A stretch of 64,000 nucleotides of DNA, taken from assembly GCA_001795615.1 (NCBI GenBank), contig MGKI01000014.1, positions 69,380 through 133,379 on the forward strand, read 5' to 3'. The translations under genes and the position numbers were made by a program. Shown piece after piece: positions 48,739 through 57,774 of the stretch. The stretch comes from Candidatus Yanofskybacteria bacterium RIFCSPLOWO2_01_FULL_42_49. GTDB lineage: Bacteria > Patescibacteriota > Minisyncoccia > 2-02-FULL-40-12 > GWA2-44-9. Position 1 is the first letter of the stretch; the number at the start of each line of letters is the position of its first letter. Under the pieces are notes generated by a model, which saw nothing but the letters and a program-made list of their open reading frames with translations, ran no database searches and was not told the origin of the DNA.

Positions 48739-49763
48739 GACATTATCATCTCACTGATTTTATCAATTAACTTATAGAGATTATGATTTTCTATAACATA
48801 ATTTCTTAGGTCTGGATTAGCTTGCTGTTTGGCTATAATAACTATTTTATCGGCCAAATCCATCGGATTATTTTCAAATAAAAACAATCCTGTCGACATA
48901 AAAGCTCGAGCAGCGTCACTTGAACTTAGAATTTTCATACCACACGAGATAGCCTCAAGCATAGTTTTGTCTAAACTACCGGTTTTGCTTAAGTGGATAA
49001 ACAAATCATGGGACTGATAATATCGAGGCAAATCGTCATGACCTACTTTACCTAAAAATTTAAAACAGCTTTCCAGTCCCAGACTCTTTATTTTTGATTT
49101 TAAATCTTTTTCATAAGTTTTATCTTCTTCAAGTGCGGGCTCACCAATCATTGTAACTTGAAAATTTATATTCCAACCTTTGAGCAATTTGCATGCATCT
49201 ACTAATATTTCATAATTTTTGACTGGCGCTATTCTACCCACGCTTAGTATTTTGAGTTTTTCAGGTTCTAGTTTTGGCCGATTGCTTGGCTTAAATAATT
49301 CTGTATCAATTCCATGACCAGTAACAATAACTTTATTTGATTTCAAGCGGAAGCTTTCGGGAGAAGCGGTAAAAATAGTATCCGCAAACTTTTCAGCCCA
49401 CCTTAACTGAAATGTCACTCCTCCACTCGTATACCAAAAAAAACTTCTCTTGCCCAATAACTTCCATAACATACCGCCCGCTATCATCCAGATAGGATTC
49501 ATGTGGACAAAGACCGCGTCGTATTCACGACGACGAGTAGAGAGTAGGAAGTATAAAGTATAAAGTTGTCGAATCTTTGAATGGCCTTTATCTTTACCTA
49601 AACTTAGAACTTCAACATTTTCTGGTAAATTAAAACCGCTTTTTTCAAGACAAAAAACGGTCACTTTTTCAAACTTCTTTGAAAATAATCTTATCCACTC
49701 AATGAAAAAACCGAGCAACTGGTCGTTTTCATCGACGGTTTTAGTTGTAATTAAAAGATTCAT
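48735..49763 (-). CDS. GT4 glycosyltransferase
   Basis: HMNP, GHGID, VGRIAPVK, GSLDK..LEA; start moved to MNLLIT. Confidence 0.88.
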   Translation of the reverse strand: MNLLITTKTVDENDQLLGFFIEWIRLFSKKFEKVTVFCLEKSGFNLPENVEVLSLGKDKGHSKIRQLYTLYFLLSTRRREYDAVFVHMNPIWMIAGGMLWKLLGKRSFFWYTSGGVTFQLRWAEKFADTIFTASPESFRLKSNKVIVTGHGIDTELFKPSNRPKLEPEKLKILSVGRIAPVKNYEILVDACKLLKGWNINFQVTMIGEPALEEDKTYEKDLKSKIKSLGLESCFKFLGKVGHDDLPRYYQSHDLFIHLSKTGSLDKTMLEAISCGMKILSSSDAARAFMSTGLFLFENNPMDLADKIVIIAKQQANPDLRNYVIENHNLYKLIDKISEMIMS

Positions 49764-49823
49764 TGTTGCATTGCCGTATTGCTGAATTGCTAACAATGTA
49801 ACAATTTAACAATATAACAATTT
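49762..49823. repeat. Intergenic inverted octamer array (ATTGYYGN)n(AACAATNT)n
   Basis: attgttgc attgccgt attgctga attgct aacaatgt aacaattt aacaatat aacaattt. Confidence 0.7.
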
Positions 49824-49830
49824 TAAGATT

Positions 49831-51018
49831 TCAGTCCTCTAAAATCTTGAAGAGTTTATCAGCATAATTCTTGACCATAATTTTCCTCTCAAACTTACTG
49901 GCAAGTTCGACTCCAGTTGCCGATAACCTCTCTCTTTCTTCGCCATTTTCTAAAAGTTCTCTGGCTTTTTGGGCGATATCTTCGGCATTCCAGTCAATTA
50001 TTTTGGCCACATTCTTTTCGGCAAAATCAGGTATCAAGCCGACATTAGTCGCTAAAACCGGCACGCCACAAGCCATTGCTTCTAAAATAACTCTCGGTCC
50101 GCCTTCGTTGTAGGAGGGCATAATTAGAATTTTGGACTTATTCATAAGTTCGGCTATTTCTTTCTGGTCTTTCGCCCAGCCGTAATTGGTAATTGGTAAT
50201 TGGTAATTGGTAATTTGCGATTGTACCCAATCACGAAGTGCTCCATCCCCAACAACTAAACATTTGATTCTTGATTCTTGATTCTTGAAATTTCTTATCA
50301 CTTCAAGCAATAAGGTGATCCCTTTGTTATTTTCTAGCCGACCAACAAATATCAGATCGTATTCTTTGAATAAACTTAAAGGTTTAAAAATGTCCAAATC
50401 AATATACATTGACGGGATATAAACAATTTTTTCTTTTGGCACACCTGATTTTATAAGAAATTCAGGAACCTGAATTTGATTTACCACCCTAACCGCTAGT
50501 GCCCTTGAAACATCAAATTTTGTAAACCACCTCATTAAATTCCGATAAACGCTTTCTTTAAAACTTGCTGCTTTAGGGTATCCGGGAATGTGATGAATTT
50601 CTAAAACATATGGCACACGGATTTTCCACCACAACAACCTCGCCCCGATACCGTTATAAAACGGGGGGAATTCGTGAACTGTCATCAGGTCAAATTTTTG
50701 TTCTTTGTAAATCTCCAGGCTCTTTTTTAAAAACCAAAACGGATGAAAAATTAACGGCCACGGAGAAATGTGGACATAAACGTTTCCGAATAAGTTTATA
50801 ATTTGAGATTTGGTCCGCCAGTTGGCGGATTGAATTTGTTTAGAGTTTAGAGTTTCGAGTTTAGAGTTTCCCGAATTGATATTATTTGTTTTGGGACAAA
50901 TAATATCAATTCGGGTCCAGTATTTGCTAAACTCTTCCAGAGTATTATAAAATGCCCCTTTCCTGCCGGAAGCTAAGTCTCTCGCACTGCCTAAACCGGT
51001 TATCATGAGCAGTTTCAC
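49831..51018 (-). CDS. GT4 glycosyltransferase carrying several repeat-derived segments
   Basis: FVGRLE..KG, EGGPRVILEAMACG. Confidence 0.88.
   Translation of the reverse strand: MKLLMITGLGSARDLASGRKGAFYNTLEEFSKYWTRIDIICPKTNNINSGNSKLETLNSKQIQSANWRTKSQIINLFGNVYVHISPWPLIFHPFWFLKKSLEIYKEQKFDLMTVHEFPPFYNGIGARLLWWKIRVPYVLEIHHIPGYPKAASFKESVYRNLMRWFTKFDVSRALAVRVVNQIQVPEFLIKSGVPKEKIVYIPSMYIDLDIFKPLSLFKEYDLIFVGRLENNKGITLLLEVIRNFKNQESRIKCLVVGDGALRDWVQSQITNYQLPITNYGWAKDQKEIAELMNKSKILIMPSYNEGGPRVILEAMACGVPVLATNVGLIPDFAEKNVAKIIDWNAEDIAQKARELLENGEERERLSATGVELASKFERKIMVKNYADKLFKILED
50182..50215. repeat. (GTAATTG)x~5 tandem heptamer inside a CDS
   Basis: Read directly; encodes ITNYQLPITNY on the minus strand. 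Confidence 0.8.
50800..50870. repeat. TCCGCCA-gt-TGGCGGA hairpin plus (GTTTAGA)x4 inside a CDS
   Basis: Encodes NSKLETLNSKQIQSANWRTKSQI. Confidence 0.75.
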
Positions 51019-51027
51019 TGCTTAATG

Positions 51028-51087
51028 TACAATTTACAACATACAATATACAATCTTTTATTGTTGATTGTCGATTGTTAATCGTTA
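51028..51087. repeat. Inverted heptamer array (TACAATW)n...(ATTGTTR)n
   Basis: Read directly between two GT4 genes; overlaps the stop at 51078. Confidence 0.65.
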
Positions 51088-52241
51088 GTTAGTATCTTTA
51101 TTGTTTCCTCTACCATTCTATTCGAACTGAATCTGGCAACGGTGTCTTTGCCTGACTCCGTAAGTCCTTCTTTAAATTCAGGGTTTTGCCAAATTGTTTT
51201 AATCGCCTCCACCAGATTAAATTCGTCATTATATTTAACTAAAAAGCCGTTATCTCCTTGCGTTATTAACTCCCTGTTACCGCCCACCGCAGACGCAATC
51301 ACCGGTATGCCGCAGGTCATTGCTTCCAAAATCTGATGGGAAAAGCCCTCATAGCCGCTATTAAGAACAAACATATCTGCAGCCGCCAGATATGTGGCAA
51401 GTTCCTCTCTTGGTTTTTTTCCGGCCAGAAAAACTTTTTTGTCCAAATTCAAATTGTTAATCATCAAGTTCAGGGATTCCCGATCCGGACCATCACCGAT
51501 AATTACAAGGCGCGCAAATTGATTTAAATTCAGAAGTTGAGGCATTATTTTTATAAGCATCCTGAAACCTTTCCACGGAACCAGCCGACCGACCGAAAGA
51601 ATTATGTTACCATGAATGCCAATCTTGCTCCTTGCTTCTTCTTTTGACAAATCTGACGGCTTAAAATCAACGCCGTTATAAACGATTTTGATTTTGGTTT
51701 CCGGCACCCCCCAGCCCTTCACAATACCGTTTAAATATTTCGAGGGAACAATTACCAAATCCGATTTTTTACAAACCCAACCCTGTAATTTATACAAAAG
51801 GCCAATCCAACCCTTTTTCTTGGATTCCTGGAAATCATCAATAAGAAGCTTCACCTTACCATTCCCCACTCCAACTTCCCAGGCATAATCGCCAACGATC
51901 CTTACAATGAATTTTTTTCTGAGGATTTTAGAAACAACCAGGGACGGAAACCCCGCACTCCAGACATTCAGGGCAAGAATAATATCACTCTTTCGGGCTA
52001 GCCCCAGAAGCTTAATCCCAAAAATAAAATGTTTAATCCAAATCGGCCACTTTCCCCAGACACGAACAATCTTAAATTTGTATTTAGAATCGAAATTGCT
52101 AGTTCTAAATTTTCTTGAATAAGTTAACACGCCAACATTAAATCCCCTGCCATTTAAAGCACCGGCCATAAACCCGGCATAAGACGCCGGACCGCCTATG
52201 TCGGGAGGGAAAATTCCCGTTGTAATTAAAATTTTATTCAT
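51078..52241 (-). CDS. GT4 glycosyltransferase
   Basis: FPPDIGGPA, VGRLVPWKG, YEGFSHQILEAM. Confidence 0.9.
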   Translation of the reverse strand: MNKILITTGIFPPDIGGPASYAGFMAGALNGRGFNVGVLTYSRKFRTSNFDSKYKFKIVRVWGKWPIWIKHFIFGIKLLGLARKSDIILALNVWSAGFPSLVVSKILRKKFIVRIVGDYAWEVGVGNGKVKLLIDDFQESKKKGWIGLLYKLQGWVCKKSDLVIVPSKYLNGIVKGWGVPETKIKIVYNGVDFKPSDLSKEEARSKIGIHGNIILSVGRLVPWKGFRMLIKIMPQLLNLNQFARLVIIGDGPDRESLNLMINNLNLDKKVFLAGKKPREELATYLAAADMFVLNSGYEGFSHQILEAMTCGIPVIASAVGGNRELITQGDNGFLVKYNDEFNLVEAIKTIWQNPEFKEGLTESGKDTVARFSSNRMVEETIKILTND

Positions 52242-52993
52242 TTTCGGATAAATAAATTGTATCTGATTATATGATAAATCGCCGCAATTCCATCCTTCCA
52301 GTTTATTTTCTTTCCTTCCTCATAAGTCCGACCCTCATAAGAAACAGGTACTTCAACTATTTTTAAATCCAATTTTCCAACCCAAGCGGTCAGCTCCGGA
52401 TCAATACCAAATCTTTTAGAATCAAGGCGGGGATAAATCTGGTTGATTGCCTCTCTGGTAAATACTTTATAGCAAGTATACATGTCTGTTAACCAAATAC
52501 CGCTTAAAAAATTAGACAGCCAATTTAATATCTGACTAACAATATAACCTTGCTTATAAACGATTTTATTCCCCAGCCTTGGATCAAGAAACCGCGAACC
52601 GTAAACGACATCAGCCTTGCCGTCCAAAATCGGTTTTATTAAAGTTGGATAATCTTGCGGATTGTATTCTAAATCAGCGTCCTGAATAAGCACAACATCT
52701 CCTGTCGCCTCCTGAAAGCCTTTTTTAACTGCCACCCCTTTGCCCATATTCTTATCTAAAAACAAAACCATGATCTCTTGTGAGAGGTTGTGTGGAGGGG
52801 CATCCTCCACACTTTTGGAAATGTGTTGTAGTATTTCCCGCGATCCGTCAGTTGAACAATCGTCCACCATTATTATTTCTTTATCCAATGATATTTCAAT
52901 TTTTCTTATTGCGGCCAAAATTGCCGGGATAGTCTTCCTTTCGTTAAATACGGGAATTATTATGCTTAACTTTTTGTGTGATTCACTGTTCAT
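52238..52993 (-). CDS. GT2 DPM1-like (polyprenol-phosphate sugar synthase) glycosyltransferase
   Basis: IIIPVFNE, VDDCSTDG, GKG.A, QDADLEY.P, GSRF, EGKKI.WKDG; start moved to MNSESHKK. Confidence 0.88.
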   Translation of the reverse strand: MNSESHKKLSIIIPVFNERKTIPAILAAIRKIEISLDKEIIMVDDCSTDGSREILQHISKSVEDAPPHNLSQEIMVLFLDKNMGKGVAVKKGFQEATGDVVLIQDADLEYNPQDYPTLIKPILDGKADVVYGSRFLDPRLGNKIVYKQGYIVSQILNWLSNFLSGIWLTDMYTCYKVFTREAINQIYPRLDSKRFGIDPELTAWVGKLDLKIVEVPVSYEGRTYEEGKKINWKDGIAAIYHIIRYNLFIRK

Positions 52994-54113
52994 TGTTCGA
53001 AGCCTCCAGATATAATTCTCTAAATTTATCAGATATTTTATCCCAAGTATATTTCGCTTCCACCAGTTTACGACCATTTGTTATTAATCTGTTCCTTAGG
53101 TTGTCATCGGACAATATCGTATTTATTTTTTCTGCGATATCTTCCGGATCGCCTACCTTGCAGAAAAGGCCCGTCTCGCCATCTTTAAGAAAGTCGGGAA
53201 TACCACCGACTGGCGTGGCGACAACCGGTAAACCGGCCGCCATTGCCTCTAAAAATGCTATGCCTAGGCCTTCGGAAAGAGATGGGCGGACAAAAATACT
53301 TGCTTTGGCTAAATACTGGGGCAGTAAGTCATTTGGAACCTCACCTATAAATTCAATGTTGTTTTCTAATCCCAGCAACGACGATTTTGTTTTTAATTCT
53401 TTTGCTTGTTCTCCGCTGCCGACAACAAGAAGTTTAATATCGGGAACTTCTTTTTTAACTACAGCAATCGCGTCAACCAAGTCCCCTATACCGTTCTTTT
53501 TAACCAAACGGGAGCTTGTGATAATAACTTTCGAATTATGCTCACCTTCCGGCTTAAATTTACTAACATCAACTCCGTTTGGAATTATTGATATCGGCAC
53601 CTTTGAATTTTGAGACCTAACATACTGCGCCAAATAGTTGCTGATAACAGTAATGACATCGGCTTTTCTAAAAATAAAATGCCTTAAAAATCTCATAAGC
53701 CACGGCTGCCTGTTTAAATCTTTGCCCTCCTGGATTGTCAGTAAAAAAGGGGTTTTTGGATAAACCCACTTCAATAACCATCCCCCTCCCGCTGCCTGTG
53801 AGGCTTGGTAGGCGTGTATGACATCATAGTGCCCCTGTTTGCGTATCAGTTTTACTGCTTTCAAAAAAACAGAGATGGGAAAGAAGTTTTTGGGCAACAA
53901 AAAAGAAGAGAGGCCCATTATTTCGCCAACGCGATAGACATTTACATCGCCGATCCTTTCATATTCTGGAACGTCTTTAGACAACTGGGATGTTATCAGA
54001 TCAAACTTAATTTCCGGCAAACGATCTGTGGTATTTTTTATAGCAAGTTCTGAACCACCAATCTGGGGCAAATAAGCCGTGGTAAGTATCAAAACCCTTG
54101 TTTTTTCTAGCAT
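52983..54113 (-). CDS. GT4 glycosyltransferase
   Basis: GGSE, IPNGVD, SEGLGIAFLEAMAAG; start at MLEKT. Confidence 0.9.
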   Translation of the reverse strand: MLEKTRVLILTTAYLPQIGGSELAIKNTTDRLPEIKFDLITSQLSKDVPEYERIGDVNVYRVGEIMGLSSFLLPKNFFPISVFLKAVKLIRKQGHYDVIHAYQASQAAGGGWLLKWVYPKTPFLLTIQEGKDLNRQPWLMRFLRHFIFRKADVITVISNYLAQYVRSQNSKVPISIIPNGVDVSKFKPEGEHNSKVIITSSRLVKKNGIGDLVDAIAVVKKEVPDIKLLVVGSGEQAKELKTKSSLLGLENNIEFIGEVPNDLLPQYLAKASIFVRPSLSEGLGIAFLEAMAAGLPVVATPVGGIPDFLKDGETGLFCKVGDPEDIAEKINTILSDDNLRNRLITNGRKLVEAKYTWDKISDKFRELYLEASNNEQ

Positions 54114-54135
54114 TTGTGCTATTATGTTAACAAAA

Positions 54136-55407
54136 ATGGACACTCAAATCAATGCCCCAGAACACAATACTATAGACTCCAAACAAAAGGTTTTATTTGT
54201 GATAACTCAGTCCGAACTCGGAGGTGCTCAAAGGTTTTTGCGCACATTGGTTAATCGTTTAGACAAGAACCAATACAAGCTGCTCGTTGCCGCAGGACCG
54301 ATCTACACAGGACACAGGATACAGGACACAGAACACAAAAGTTACGATTTATTAGATCAACTAGAAACAGAGGGGCTTAAAACAGCCAGATTAAGACACC
54401 TTCACAGAGAAATAAGACCCCTTTCTGACTTAAGAGCCATTTTAGAACTAAGAAAAATAATAAAAGAATTCAAGCCAGACACGCTTTTCCTCTTAAGCTC
54501 CAAGGCCGGCTTCATTGGCTCTCTAGCCGCTCGAAATATCAAAATACCTGTCCGTCCGGCAGGCGAGTCGAAATATCGAAATATCGAGGTCGTCTATCGT
54601 ATCGGCGGCTGGACCTTCAACGACCCGTGGCCGGCATGGAAGAAAAAATTATGGGTATTTTTGGAAAGAATAAGCGCAAAATGGAAAGACGTGATAATCG
54701 TTAACAATAAGCACGACCTAGAACAAGCACACGAATTAAAAATAAAACCGAGAAAAGAAATAAAACTAATTCACAACGGTCTCGATGTTTATAAAATAGA
54801 TTTCCTGCCCAAAGAAGAAGCAAGGCTAAAATTATTCGAAAAAGCATCAAGACAATCCGGAAGAATATTCAACGCCGGAATAATCGTGGGCACTGTCGCA
54901 AATTTTTATCCGACTAAGGGCCTTGAATATCTCATTAGCGCGGCAGAACATTTCAAAAATAATGACGACATTACTTTCGTTGTTATTGGTGACGGAACAG
55001 AACGGTCCCATCTTGAACATTTAATCGCTGACAAGGGCCTTGATAAAAAAGTCCTCTTGTTGGGCCAGTTGCCTGATGCCTACCGGGTTATCCCGGCATT
55101 TGATATTTTCATCCTGTCTTCGGTAAAAGAAGGCTTTCCGTGGGCTGTAATTGAAGCCATGGCTGCGAAAGTGCCGGTTATCGCTACGAGAGTCGGAGCA
55201 ACACCGGAAATCATAGAAGATGATAAAAACGGCATGCTTGTAGAACCAGGCCGGCCAGAACAAATAGCCAAGAAGATACAAGAACTGGTGGCCAACGAAC
55301 ACCTAAGGCAGGAACTGGGCATACAAGCCCACCAAACGGTTTTGTTTAAATTTTCACTCGACAAGATGATAAAAGAAATCGAATCGGCAATGAGCAATAA
55401 TCAATAG
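54136..55407 (+). CDS. GT4 glycosyltransferase
   Basis: ITQSELGGAQ, SSKAG, IHNG, KEGFPWAVIEAMAA; start at MDTQ. Confidence 0.9.
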   Translation: MDTQINAPEHNTIDSKQKVLFVITQSELGGAQRFLRTLVNRLDKNQYKLLVAAGPIYTGHRIQDTEHKSYDLLDQLETEGLKTARLRHLHREIRPLSDLRAILELRKIIKEFKPDTLFLLSSKAGFIGSLAARNIKIPVRPAGESKYRNIEVVYRIGGWTFNDPWPAWKKKLWVFLERISAKWKDVIIVNNKHDLEQAHELKIKPRKEIKLIHNGLDVYKIDFLPKEEARLKLFEKASRQSGRIFNAGIIVGTVANFYPTKGLEYLISAAEHFKNNDDITFVVIGDGTERSHLEHLIADKGLDKKVLLLGQLPDAYRVIPAFDIFILSSVKEGFPWAVIEAMAAKVPVIATRVGATPEIIEDDKNGMLVEPGRPEQIAKKIQELVANEHLRQELGIQAHQTVLFKFSLDKMIKEIESAMSNNQ

Positions 55408-55438
55408 AAAATCCGCCCCACAAGAGCGGATTTTCTAT
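55404..55438. terminator. Bidirectional terminator
   Basis: ATAGAAAATCCGC ... GCGGATTTTCTAT between convergent genes. Confidence 0.7.
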
Positions 55439-55462
55439 CTTTATGATTGTCCTGTTTCTTAA

Positions 55463-57724
55463 TTACAATTCTCTCCCCAAACTTCTTAAAAACATCCTGG
55501 CATCCGGTTCAAAAGACGGATCAACTTGAACCGCTTTGCGAGCCATAGCCACCGCGTCATCAATTCTTCCTAAATTGGCATATGCAGCGGCCAGTGAAGC
55601 ATAATGTTGAGGATCTCTCGGATTTACGGCAATAAGTCGTTCAAATGTTCGAGCTATATTAGGACGGTCATTTAATTCGACATAAACAGAAAGCATCCTT
55701 GAATATTCCTGTTCGCTCGGCATGTATCTGTTTTTAACCTCCAGAGACCTCTCCAGGTTCTTAATCCCGCTTTTATCGCCAGCCTGAAGTTTAGCCACCC
55801 CCAAATACCAATGAGATATTCCAGTATCAGGATTTAAGTCAACGGCTCTTTGGAAATATTCTATGGCCTTAACAAGATCTTTCTTGTTAAGATATGCTTG
55901 GGCTATTTCAAAATAAGTCCTGACAAAAGTTGGCGATAGTTCAAGAGCTTTAAGAGAATATTCAAGAGACTTATCGTTATATAATGACTCGGGATCATGC
56001 TGACCAAGCATAATATTTAACCTCGAACCGTATAAATAGGGCAGATAATCAATCGAGTTTTCTCTAATATTTTTGTCGATTTCTTCCAAAACATAAAGAT
56101 AGATCTGTCTGACCTTTTCTTCTTTCACGCTTGGGCCGCCCGCACCAACCAAGTATTGTGCAAGACGGTGTCTATAGTCATATTTACCAGGCACATCATA
56201 TAACAAGGATTCTTTATATTTATTAATAGCTCCATCAAAATCACCCTGCCAGCCCCTAACAATAGCTCTTGTGGTCGCATAGTTGGCTTTGGCTGGCAAA
56301 ATATTCGTTTTATATATCAACCATGGAATAAATATAACCAAAACTATCACAATAGTATTAAATAGGATTTTATTTGGTTTTCTAAGATTTTTAATTCGTT
56401 GCGTCTGCGCATCATTCGTATTATATCCACGCGCAAGCGCGGAAATAAGGCCCAAAATAGTAAAGAAAATAATAAAATTAGCCGAAGTATCGAAGATAAA
56501 AGAGTTATGAATTATATAGGCAACAACCAGCGGTATAAAACCGACCCCATAAATTACAAGTTCCGAATTTCTTAACCATCTGCGCAAATAAATAAACATC
56601 GCCGTGAAAATACCGAGATAAGACAGAAGGCCGGTCAGTCCCATTGTTACAAGAACCTCTACAAACATATTGTGAGCTCTGTCGAACAGTGTCTCCGCTC
56701 CCTGCCCGGCGTAAAATTTGGGGTTAAAGTATTTGGAAAACGGAATATTGAAATTCTCCGGCCCCCAACCGAGAAGAATAGTTTTAGGGCTGTCGGTCCA
56801 ACCCTTGAGTCCCGCTTCCCAGGCCCAAAAACGGGTTTCAGTTGTTTGTGATCTTAAGGACAGATCGGTTATCCTGCTCAAATATTTTGACTTTTCTATA
56901 AATTGGGAGTTCCCAAAAAGAAGCGAAAAAATAATAAAAAGAGCCGCAAAGCCAATTAAATAACTAAATGCCAATCGTCCAAAACGAGATTTCTTGTATA
57001 CTCCCCATAAAAACGCAAAAACCGTGATCCCGACCGCGTAGGCCAAAACAGACCCCCTGACTGCAGTCATTAAAGCGGCGATAGAAGTAACGGCAAAAGC
57101 AAACGCGTAGAATATTTTACGATTCTTGGTATTTTGGGAACTGAAAAATAGCGTAAGAGACAGAAATACCGCGAAAAGCTGGGAACCAGCAAATAAGGCC
57201 GCATTGCCGGTAGTACCGAATATTCTTGTCCTGTTACCGGACCCGACAAAAAACTCAATATCAGTTTTTTGTCCAAACCCATAAAATGCCGACAATACCC
57301 CGGCAACAATGGTAATGTCCAAAATTCTTTGCCAATGCTCCTTTTTTGTTAATACGGAGGTTAAGATTATATAAAATAGAAAATAGTGCCAGAATGTCCA
57401 AAGTCCGCCCATTCTTTCAAGTGTTCCCCAAAAACTAGGATATCTTAAAACACTGGTAGTGGTGGTTAAAGTAAATGCCGCGACAAAAAACAAAAACGCC
57501 CAGAATATCTTATCCCGGCGCGGTAAATAAGACCTGTCTTTCAATATCAGAATAAGATAAGCCGCTCCCAGAATTTCTATTAAACTCCTGAATACGACAA
57601 CTTTCCCGAAATGAAACGGGGAGATAAAATCCTTAAATATCACAAGCGGCACTAAAGCCGTCAGATATATACCAAAACGTAAAAATTTTATTAAACCTGA
57701 TTCTTTTTGATTGCTTCTCTCCAT
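55463..57724 (-). CDS. O-antigen ligase / O-oligosaccharyltransferase-like (Wzy_C) membrane protein with C-terminal TPRs
   Basis: About 12 TM helices, GT.GN, R...W, LGWGPENF, DRAHN...E...G..G, TPR-like tail. Confidence 0.85.
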   Translation of the reverse strand: MERSNQKESGLIKFLRFGIYLTALVPLVIFKDFISPFHFGKVVVFRSLIEILGAAYLILILKDRSYLPRRDKIFWAFLFFVAAFTLTTTTSVLRYPSFWGTLERMGGLWTFWHYFLFYIILTSVLTKKEHWQRILDITIVAGVLSAFYGFGQKTDIEFFVGSGNRTRIFGTTGNAALFAGSQLFAVFLSLTLFFSSQNTKNRKIFYAFAFAVTSIAALMTAVRGSVLAYAVGITVFAFLWGVYKKSRFGRLAFSYLIGFAALFIIFSLLFGNSQFIEKSKYLSRITDLSLRSQTTETRFWAWEAGLKGWTDSPKTILLGWGPENFNIPFSKYFNPKFYAGQGAETLFDRAHNMFVEVLVTMGLTGLLSYLGIFTAMFIYLRRWLRNSELVIYGVGFIPLVVAYIIHNSFIFDTSANFIIFFTILGLISALARGYNTNDAQTQRIKNLRKPNKILFNTIVIVLVIFIPWLIYKTNILPAKANYATTRAIVRGWQGDFDGAINKYKESLLYDVPGKYDYRHRLAQYLVGAGGPSVKEEKVRQIYLYVLEEIDKNIRENSIDYLPYLYGSRLNIMLGQHDPESLYNDKSLEYSLKALELSPTFVRTYFEIAQAYLNKKDLVKAIEYFQRAVDLNPDTGISHWYLGVAKLQAGDKSGIKNLERSLEVKNRYMPSEQEYSRMLSVYVELNDRPNIARTFERLIAVNPRDPQHYASLAAAYANLGRIDDAVAMARKAVQVDPSFEPDARMFLRSLGREL

Positions 57725-57774
57725 TCAAAATATCATACCACTATTTTCCCTTAATTCCTAGAAAATAAATAATA

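Noticed and set aside
52978..53613. 211-aa + strand ORF and the other short overlapping ORFs in the track
   Set aside because: Antisense or alternate-frame shadows of well-supported genes, with no recognisable motifs
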